NCBI GenBank assembly: GCA_041613315.1
Contig: JBFJHJ010000002.1
Coordinates: 55,756 to 119,755 of the forward strand
Length of the DNA: 64,000 nt
Direction: 5' to 3'
Source of the DNA: Gemmatimonadales bacterium
GTDB taxonomy: Bacteria; Gemmatimonadota; Gemmatimonadetes; Gemmatimonadales; GWC2-71-9
Made by a program: the position numbers and the translations under genes. The notes under the pieces are model-generated. The model saw only the letters and a program-made list of their open reading frames with translations. It was not told the DNA's origin and did not search any database. Shown one piece after another: positions 57,173-64,000 of the stretch (its first letter is position 1; the number at the start of each line of letters is the position of its first letter).

Positions 57173-58300
57173 TCAGTCGCCCGATAGCATCCCGGCGACG
57201 TCGCGGCGCAGGCGCTCACTTCGCGGCAAGGCCGACTGCACCATCATCATCTCCCCGACGTTCTCGAGGGTCAGGAGGCCCACCAGCCGCCCCGCGCGGA
57301 CGACCGGCACCGAGGAACACTTGCTGCTGCGCATGCGCGCCAGGGCGTCGTGGAGCGCGTCGTCCTCAGCCACCGCCGCGCAGTCCCGCCGCATGATCTC
57401 TTCCACCACGGTGTGTCGCCCGCGGTCTTTGACCGCCTTGACGAGGTCGCTCCGAATGAGAAGACCCACAATGCGCCCCCCATCCGTCACGGGGAAGTCC
57501 TGCTGCGCACCGGCCAGCAGCTCGTCCACCGCGCGGCCGAGGGTATCATGCATCCCCAACGTCTGGAAACGGGTCATCATGCCGTCGCCCACCGTCACGC
57601 CTTCGAGCGCCGTGCGGACCTGCACCTGTTGAGCCTCCGCCTGGGCCCCCAGGTACACGAAGATCGCTATGAAGGGAAGGAAGGGGTTGCGCCAGAGGAA
57701 CACGAACGCGAGCAGGAACACGATCGCCATGGCCTGGCCGATCGCCGCGGCGATCTTTGTCGCGCGGCCGTAGGGCAGGCGGTAGGCCAACAGCGCCCGG
57801 AGAATGCGCCCGCCGTCCATGGGAAACGCCGGTAGCAGGTTGAAGGCCACGAGCACGACATTGACCACGAGCAGCTGCACGATGAAGTTGCCGCTGATCA
57901 TCTCGACACTCTGAACCGACCCCAGGGCGCCCGCGATCCCGAGCCCGACGAACAAGACAACGGCGATCACGAGGTTGACCGCCGGCCCCGCGATCGCCAC
58001 GAGAAGCTCTTCGCGCGGGTCGTCGGGCATCCGCTCGAGCCGCGCCACGCCGCCGATGGGGAGCAGCGTAATATCCCGGGTCGCGATGCCGAAGTGGCGC
58101 GCCGTCAGCGCGTGCCCCAGCTCGTGCAGGACGACGCACGCGAAGATGGCGAGCACGAAGACGACGCCGGTAGCCACTTCGGCCGGGCTGGCTCCCTGCT
58201 GCGCGTACGACCAGATCACCCACCCTATCAGGATCAGGAAGGTCCAGTGCACCTGGACCTTGATGCCCGACACCCGGCCGAGCCTCCACGACCATCTCAT
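57173..58300 (-). CDS. Site-2 protease (M50) with CBS pair
   Basis: HELGH, LLPIGG, FNLLPAFPMDG; two CBS domains. Confidence 0.94.
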   Translation of the reverse strand: MRWSWRLGRVSGIKVQVHWTFLILIGWVIWSYAQQGASPAEVATGVVFVLAIFACVVLHELGHALTARHFGIATRDITLLPIGGVARLERMPDDPREELLVAIAGPAVNLVIAVVLFVGLGIAGALGSVQSVEMISGNFIVQLLVVNVVLVAFNLLPAFPMDGGRILRALLAYRLPYGRATKIAAAIGQAMAIVFLLAFVFLWRNPFLPFIAIFVYLGAQAEAQQVQVRTALEGVTVGDGMMTRFQTLGMHDTLGRAVDELLAGAQQDFPVTDGGRIVGLLIRSDLVKAVKDRGRHTVVEEIMRRDCAAVAEDDALHDALARMRSSKCSSVPVVRAGRLVGLLTLENVGEMMMVQSALPRSERLRRDVAGMLSGD

Positions 58301-58405
58301 GCCCGCTCTCTCCTGCCGGCTTGACGCAGGCCGGTCCCAGCGAGAAAACTACCCCGTGTCCGCTGGGTATCAAACCGCGGGCGAACCACCACGGAGAGGA
58401 ACGTC

Positions 58406-60571
58406 ATGCACGGCACACGGGCGGCAAGGCGTGGGCTCGCGGCAGCGGCCGCGCTCGCATTGGGATGGGCGGGTCCCGTGGGGGCCCAGCGCCCCCCGTG
58501 CCCCGAACCGGCGCGCACCACGGTGAATCAAGTGGACGACTATCACGGGGTCCGCGTGGCGGACCCGTACCGATCACTGGAGGATGTCGACGCCCCGGAC
58601 ACGCGAGCGTGGATCGACGCGCAGAATTGCGTCACGTTCCGCTACTTGGAAGGGATCCCGGAGCGTGAGGAGCTCCGCAGCCGGCTCACCCAGCTGTGGA
58701 ACTACGCCAGGTACGGTACGCCGTTCGAGAAAGGCGGCCGGTATTTCTTCTTCAAGAACGACGGCCTCCAGAACCAGTCGGTCCTGTACACCCAAATGGG
58801 CCTCGCCGCCGAACCGACGGTGCTCCTGGACCCGAACGGACTGAGCGAGGACGGAACGGTCGCGCTCACGGCCCTCGCCGTGACCGAAGACGCTCGGTTC
58901 CTGGCGTACGGCACCGCCGCCAGCGGCTCGGACTGGCAGGAGTTCCGAGTCCGAGACGTGGCGTCCGGCCGGGACCGGCCCGACCGGCTCCGCTGGATCA
59001 AGTTCTCGGGCGCGTCCTGGACCCACGACGGCGTCGGGTTCTTCTACAGCCGGTACCCACGGCCGGTGGGCGCCGACACGCTGCAGTCGGCCAACCGCGA
59101 TCAGAAGCTCTACTATCACCGCCTCGGACAGGACCAGTCACGGGACGTCCTCATCTACGAGCGGCCGGACCAGCCCGAGTGGGGGTTCAGCGGAGAGGTG
59201 ACCCACGACGGTCGCTATCTCGTGGTCCACGTGTGGCATGGGACCGATCGCCGGAATCGGGTCTACTATAAGGAAATAGGGGACCCCGCCCGGCCACGGC
59301 TGGACGCCCGCATGATCCGGCTGCTCGACAACTTCGACGCCAGCTACACCTTCGTGGGGAACGACGGGCCGGTCTTCCACTTCCTGACCGACCTGGACGC
59401 GCCGCGGGGGCGGCTCGTCGCCGTGGATACGCGGCGGCCCGACCGTGCCACTTGGCGTACCATCGTGCCGGAAGACCGTGATGTACTGACGAGCGTTCGC
59501 ATCGTTCACCGGACCTTCGTCGCGGAGTACCTCCGTGACGCGCGCTCGCGTGTCCGGCTCTTTGGGCTGGACGGCGCACCCCGCGGCGAGGTGCCGCTCC
59601 CCGCGCTCGGCACCGTCGGCGCTCTCACGGGGGAGTTCGCCGACGACGAGATGTTCTTCGCCTTCACGTCGTTTCTCTACCCCACGACGATCTTCCGGCA
59701 CGACTTCCGAACCGGTGCGACGTCGGTGTTCAAGGCGCCGGAGATCGACGTCGACGCTGACCGGTATGAGACGGTACAGGTGTTCTACACGAGCAAGGAC
59801 GGCGCCCGCGTGCCGATGTTCATCACGCACCGCAAGGGGATCGGCCGCGACGGGTCCAATCCGACCTACCTGTACGGCTACGGGGGGTTCAACATCAGCA
59901 TCACGCCGAGCTTCTCGGCCAGCAACCTCGTCTGGCTCGAGCGCGGCGGCATTTACGCCGTCGCCAACCTGCGGGGCGGGGGCGAGTACGGCGAGGAGTG
60001 GCACCGGGCTGGGATGCTCGACAACAAGCAGAATGTTTTCGATGATTTCATCGCAGCCGCCGAGTACTTGATCGCCGAGCGCTACACGTCGGCCAACAAG
60101 CTGGCGATCGGCGGCGCGTCCAACGGCGGGCTCCTGATCGGCGCCGTGCTCAACCAGCGCCCCGACCTCTTCGGTGCGGCGTTGCCGGCCGTCGGCGTGA
60201 TGGACATGCTCCGGTTTCACAAGTTCACGATCGGGTGGGCGTGGGTGTCCGACTACGGCTCACCCGACGATCCCAAGCAGTTCGAGACCCTGCGGGCGTA
60301 CTCGCCGTACCACAACATCCGGTCCGGCGCCGCGTACCCGGCGGTGCTGGTCACCACGGCTGACCACGACGACCGCGTCGTACCCGGCCACTCGTTCAAG
60401 TACGCCGCGCGCCTGCAGACCGCGCAGGGAGGGGCCGCGCCGATTCTGATCCGAATCGAGACCAAAGCGGGGCATGGAGCGGGCAAACCGATCGCCAAGC
60501 TGATCGAGGAGCAAGCGGATCGCTGGGCGTTCCTCATTGCCAACCTCGGGATGAGATCCATGGTCCCGTAG
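58406..60571 (+). CDS. Prolyl oligopeptidase (S9A), secreted
   Basis: ADPYR.LED, YGYGGF, GASNGG, DDRV, AGHG; signal peptide. Confidence 0.96.
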   Translation: MHGTRAARRGLAAAAALALGWAGPVGAQRPPCPEPARTTVNQVDDYHGVRVADPYRSLEDVDAPDTRAWIDAQNCVTFRYLEGIPEREELRSRLTQLWNYARYGTPFEKGGRYFFFKNDGLQNQSVLYTQMGLAAEPTVLLDPNGLSEDGTVALTALAVTEDARFLAYGTAASGSDWQEFRVRDVASGRDRPDRLRWIKFSGASWTHDGVGFFYSRYPRPVGADTLQSANRDQKLYYHRLGQDQSRDVLIYERPDQPEWGFSGEVTHDGRYLVVHVWHGTDRRNRVYYKEIGDPARPRLDARMIRLLDNFDASYTFVGNDGPVFHFLTDLDAPRGRLVAVDTRRPDRATWRTIVPEDRDVLTSVRIVHRTFVAEYLRDARSRVRLFGLDGAPRGEVPLPALGTVGALTGEFADDEMFFAFTSFLYPTTIFRHDFRTGATSVFKAPEIDVDADRYETVQVFYTSKDGARVPMFITHRKGIGRDGSNPTYLYGYGGFNISITPSFSASNLVWLERGGIYAVANLRGGGEYGEEWHRAGMLDNKQNVFDDFIAAAEYLIAERYTSANKLAIGGASNGGLLIGAVLNQRPDLFGAALPAVGVMDMLRFHKFTIGWAWVSDYGSPDDPKQFETLRAYSPYHNIRSGAAYPAVLVTTADHDDRVVPGHSFKYAARLQTAQGGAAPILIRIETKAGHGAGKPIAKLIEEQADRWAFLIANLGMRSMVP

Positions 60572-60592
60572 GTCGGGGCAGGAGGGGGAGAA

Positions 60593-60627
60593 GAGGCAGG
60601 AGCCTATCTCATCCGCGCTCCTGCCTC
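60593..60627. terminator. Hairpin between convergent genes
   Basis: GAGGCAGGAGC-N13-GCTCCTGCCTC, 11-bp stem. Confidence 0.55.
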
Positions 60628-60631
60628 CGGT

Positions 60632-61450
60632 CTAGTTGATCCGTGGGTTCGGGTACGGCGGCACCCGCACGAGCCCGGGGATCCCAAACACCCGGGCAAT
60701 CCCGATCACGAATCCAATGTTCGCGACGCCGTCACCCCAGCGGTCCAGCCGGGTGGTGACCCCGAAGTCGACCACGCTCGCGTTGGAGATCTGCCATCGG
60801 GTGCCGAGCTCGGCCCAGACGCGGACTTCGGTGCCACCCGCAGGGAACTCGGCATAGACGTCGCCCAACACGCTCTTGCTGAAAAGCCCGATGGGATAAT
60901 CGAACGCGAGCCCCGCGATCCAGAAATCTCCGCCGTCGGCGGTGGTCGCCCACGTGTAACCGCCGTTGGCGTGTAGCCGCCCCCGCCCAAAGCCTCGCGT
61001 GAGCATGCCCTTGAGCCGCCCGCCGACGTCGCTCCGACCGACGTCGCCGGCGCCGGGGGCAACGACATCGCCCCGCACGGCGAGGGCGGGCGCCACCGCG
61101 CCTTCCTGGTTCAGATTGAACAGCACGTGCGCACCGAACTCCTCGAGGCCGCCGGTCGAGAGTCCGGCAGCCCGCTCCCACGCCGGGTGCAGCTCGATGC
61201 CCACCTGCCAATTCCTGGCGATTCCCGTCTTGACCTCCAGCAACCCCGCCACCGCGTAGGTCCCGCCTTCGGCAAGCCGCGTCTCCGTACCGATCTCCCA
61301 TTCCCACTCCAGGTACTTGAGGGGGTACGCGTCCTCGACGCGGATGGGCCGGTCGGGGTCGGCGGAGCGGAAGTCCTCCTGGGCCGCTGCCGGGCGCACG
61401 GCCGCCACCGCTGCCGCGAGCAGCCCCGCCATCACGAGGGTCGGCTTCAT
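60632..61450 (-). CDS. Putative outer-membrane beta-barrel/transporter
   Basis: Signal peptide, DRPIRVEDAYP, alternating amphipathic beta-strands. Confidence 0.7.
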   Translation of the reverse strand: MKPTLVMAGLLAAAVAAVRPAAAQEDFRSADPDRPIRVEDAYPLKYLEWEWEIGTETRLAEGGTYAVAGLLEVKTGIARNWQVGIELHPAWERAAGLSTGGLEEFGAHVLFNLNQEGAVAPALAVRGDVVAPGAGDVGRSDVGGRLKGMLTRGFGRGRLHANGGYTWATTADGGDFWIAGLAFDYPIGLFSKSVLGDVYAEFPAGGTEVRVWAELGTRWQISNASVVDFGVTTRLDRWGDGVANIGFVIGIARVFGIPGLVRVPPYPNPRIN

Positions 61451-61451
61451 G

Positions 61452-62534
61452 TCAGGGCTTCTCCGGATGCCGGTGTGCCGGCGGCGGTTCGTCGTGCTTC
61501 ATGCCGCTATGGTCCATGGGCGGCATGGCGGCGTCCGGGTGCCCTTGAGGCAGCCAGCGGCCGTCCGGCAGCTGGGTTGGTACCGTCATGGCCGACATGG
61601 GCATGTGTTGGTGCGCCTCCGCGGGGAGCGGCGGGGGAATGACCCAGCCCTGGTTGGCGTAGAGCATCTGTCGCAGCATGCGATCGATCTCCCGCCCTTT
61701 CGCGTCGCGCGGAATGCGCTCGTCCGCCATCACGTCATTTACCACGTCGTGCATCATGTGCAGGTTGTCGAAGATGTGCGCCGCCGCCGGAAGCATCGCC
61801 CCGAACGTCGGCGCGACTTCGGCGGTGAGAGGCATGTAGGCGGGTGGATTCGCCAGCACCGAGTCCTTGAAGACCCGAATGACCCGGTCGAGCGTGCGGC
61901 GCCGCGTCTCGGGGTCCCCTTCCATCAGTGCCTCGTATACCGCCGCGTGGTGCCAGTGATACGCCCAGAGGATGCCGTTGACCGACGGGTACTTTTTCAC
62001 GAACGCTTCGGCCCACGTACCCCCGGCCAACATGAACGCGTGGCCGTAGCCGCGCGTCGAGAAGGCGGAGCCGGCGTTGGACAGATAGTAGGCGATCGCC
62101 CGCTCGCCGGCGGCCCGCTTGTCCACCACGCGATCGTCGGTCAGGATGTCGTACAGCTGCGTGTGCAGCATGTGCGTCCAGTCCATCGCCGCGCCCGTCC
62201 GGTACGCGACCTTCGACCAGTTGGGCGCGATGATCTCCGCCGGCGGCTCGAAGGTGGGCGGGCTCGCCACGTAACGCCGGATCTGCGCCTCCAGCGAGCG
62301 CACCTGCTCTCGCGCGTCCGGACCGTCGTTGAGCAGCACCTCGTAGACGCCGAAGTGGGCGAAGTGGGCGGCGTAAAAGCTCCGCGCCGCCTCGGGATAC
62401 GTGTCGTAAAACTCGAAGTTGTACGACGCCGGAAGGCGGAACTGCGCGTTCCGCTGCACGATCTGCCCGTCCGCAACGCCGGTCCAGACGAGCAGGACGA
62501 GCGCGGCGACGGCCCCTGGCCGTGTGATGCTCAT
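61452..62534 (-). CDS. Secreted helical protein with four HxxH repeats and Met/His-rich tail (putative metal-binding)
   Basis: GAGGAGG RBS; signal peptide; HFAH, HMLH, HWHH, HMMH; tail HQHMPMSAM..MPPMDHSGMKH. Confidence 0.85.
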   Translation of the reverse strand: MSITRPGAVAALVLLVWTGVADGQIVQRNAQFRLPASYNFEFYDTYPEAARSFYAAHFAHFGVYEVLLNDGPDAREQVRSLEAQIRRYVASPPTFEPPAEIIAPNWSKVAYRTGAAMDWTHMLHTQLYDILTDDRVVDKRAAGERAIAYYLSNAGSAFSTRGYGHAFMLAGGTWAEAFVKKYPSVNGILWAYHWHHAAVYEALMEGDPETRRRTLDRVIRVFKDSVLANPPAYMPLTAEVAPTFGAMLPAAAHIFDNLHMMHDVVNDVMADERIPRDAKGREIDRMLRQMLYANQGWVIPPPLPAEAHQHMPMSAMTVPTQLPDGRWLPQGHPDAAMPPMDHSGMKHDEPPPAHRHPEKP

Positions 62535-62594
62535 GCGGGTGTGACCTCCTCGCAGCTGCCGAAAAGCGATAGTCTGTTGAACGCCGTTGCGGGA

Positions 62595-62990
62595 CTAGGC
62601 CACGAAGCGGGGAGGGGGGAGGGGAGGCGCGCCGGTCGGGGATCCCGTGTCATCGGCGGTCCAGGCAATCCGGATCGCCGTCAGCTCCGGCTGATCACCG
62701 CCGGAGTACCGGGCTGCCAACGCCACGGTGGCATTGGCGCAGGGCGCGGCGACCCCACACATGGCGCAATGCGGACAGGGCTCCGGCTCGGGCGCGTGGG
62801 CCACGGCCGCGTCGGGGACCGCGTGGCCCGCGTGGTGCGCGGCGGCCTCGTGTTGGCGTGCACGGCACTCGGTTTCGCCGCCCGCCATCCATCCGGGCGA
62901 AACCGCGAGCAGCAGCATGGTCATCGCCGGGAGGGCGGCGACCGCGCGGGCGGCTCGCGAGCGACGCGAAGCGACGAATCCTAGGCGCAT
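62595..62990 (-). CDS. DUF2946/CruR/CutF-like Cys/His leader peptide
   Basis: Basic plus hydrophobic N-terminus, HEAAAHHAGH, CPHCAMC..C, C-terminal GAPPLPPPR. Confidence 0.65.
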   Translation of the reverse strand: MRLGFVASRRSRAARAVAALPAMTMLLLAVSPGWMAGGETECRARQHEAAAHHAGHAVPDAAVAHAPEPEPCPHCAMCGVAAPCANATVALAARYSGGDQPELTAIRIAWTADDTGSPTGAPPLPPPRFVA

Positions 62991-63089
62991 TGAATCCTGG
63001 CTGATATCTACCTAGCCTTGGGGTCGGCGTCCAGCCGCGCGGCCGGTGCAAACCCGAAGCCGCACCATCTCAGGATAAGGAACCACGCT

Positions 63090-63536
63090 ATGCTCCGTCT
63101 GCTGGCTCTGACTGCGGCCGCTGTGCTGGTCGCCGGTCCCACCGCCGCACAGACCCCGGCCACGCCCGTCGCAACCGTTCAGGCGTTCCACACCGCACTG
63201 GCCGCCGGCGACTCCAGTGGCGCGCTGGCGCTCCTCGCCCCGGAGGTCACGGTGTTCGAGAGCGGCGGCGGGGAGACGCTCGCCGAGTTCCGGAGCCACC
63301 ACCTCGCCGCCGACATCGAGTTCGCCAAAGGCACGACCAGAGAGGTCACGAACCAGCGGTTGGGAACGGCCGGCGAGATCGCCTGGGTCCTGAGCGAGAC
63401 CCGGACCACCGGCAGTTTCCGCGGCCGCGACATCGACAGCCGTGGCGTCGAGACGATGGTGTTGCGGCGCACCCGGGACGGCTGGCGGATCGTGCATATC
63501 CACTGGTCGTCCAGGCGCACGCCGTCGGGTGGCTGA
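63090..63536 (+). CDS. Secreted NTF2/SnoaL-like (DUF4440-type) protein
   Basis: AAGGA RBS, signal peptide, FHTALAAGD, SHHLAAD, WRIVHIHWSS. Confidence 0.82.
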   Translation: MLRLLALTAAAVLVAGPTAAQTPATPVATVQAFHTALAAGDSSGALALLAPEVTVFESGGGETLAEFRSHHLAADIEFAKGTTREVTNQRLGTAGEIAWVLSETRTTGSFRGRDIDSRGVETMVLRRTRDGWRIVHIHWSSRRTPSGG

Positions 63537-63556
63537 TGACGGGTCCTGGCCGCGCC

Positions 63557-64000
63557 TCAGCGCGCTCCCTGCAGCTTCAACAGCTGGGCGTTGATCGCCA
63601 CGATCACCGTCGACAGGGACATGAACACGGCGCCGACGGCAGGGGAGAGCAAGATCCCGACGCTCGCGAACACACCGGCGGCGGCCGGGATCGCGACCGC
63701 GTTGTAGCCCGTCGCCCACCAGAGGTTCTGCACCATTTTCCGGTACGTGGCGCGGGCCAACTCTACGATGGCCGCCGCATCGCGCGGGTCCGACCGCACG
63801 AGCACGATGTCGGCTGACTCCACGGCCACGTCGGTCCCGGCGCCGATCGCGATCCCCACGTCGGCGGTGACGAGGGCAGGTGCATCGTTCACGCCGTCTC
63901 CCACCATAGCGACCGTGAGGCCCCGGCCTTTCACCTCTTCGATCTTCGCCGCCTTCTGGTCCGGTAGGACCTCGGCGAAGTAGTCGTCGAGTCCCAGCTC
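63557..64000 (-). CDS. Copper-translocating P1B-type ATPase (P1B-3/CopB-like), C-terminal part only
   Basis: [24 protein letters not shown] and MSLST..N signatures. Starts outside the window. Confidence 0.92.
   Translation of the reverse strand, partial: ELGLDDYFAEVLPDQKAAKIEEVKGRGLTVAMVGDGVNDAPALVTADVGIAIGAGTDVAVESADIVLVRSDPRDAAAIVELARATYRKMVQNLWWATGYNAVAIPAAAGVFASVGILLSPAVGAVFMSLSTVIVAINAQLLKLQGAR

Overview
This is a 64 kb, very GC-rich, densely coding bacterial chromosomal segment; the gene repertoire suggests Gemmatimonadota (inference). No mobile element, CRISPR array or rRNA was recognised. Housekeeping content: tRNA-Asn(GTT), a UGA-recoded selenoprotein SelD, an RNase HI with a rearranged active site, dCMP deaminase, thiolase/3-hydroxybutyryl-CoA dehydrogenase, squalene synthase, thyA-folA, an EF-G II paralogue, a DUF1800/DUF1501 pair, transporters, peptidases and an ~11 kb multi-PAS two-component cluster. 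Strongest candidates for undescribed systems: (1) 60.6-64 kb, a copper-associated locus where a CxxC/poly-Pro leader ORF (DUF2946/CruR/CutF-like) carries an anti-Shine-Dalgarno for a secreted protein with four repeated HxxH helices, followed by an outer-membrane barrel, beside a P1B-3 Cu-ATPase; (2) 18.8-22.6 kb, an operon of two Ddl-like ATP-grasp ligases, a GNAT and lysine 2,3-aminomutase, probably making a beta-lysyl product; (3) 40.4-46.2 kb, an extracytoplasmic thiol-redox module with two DUF3179 proteins, DoxX, a propeller-TlpA fusion and a Cys/His protein. A decayed crcB-DUF190 locus and a probable CUG start for folA were also seen. All calls come from reading motifs by eye; no searches were run.
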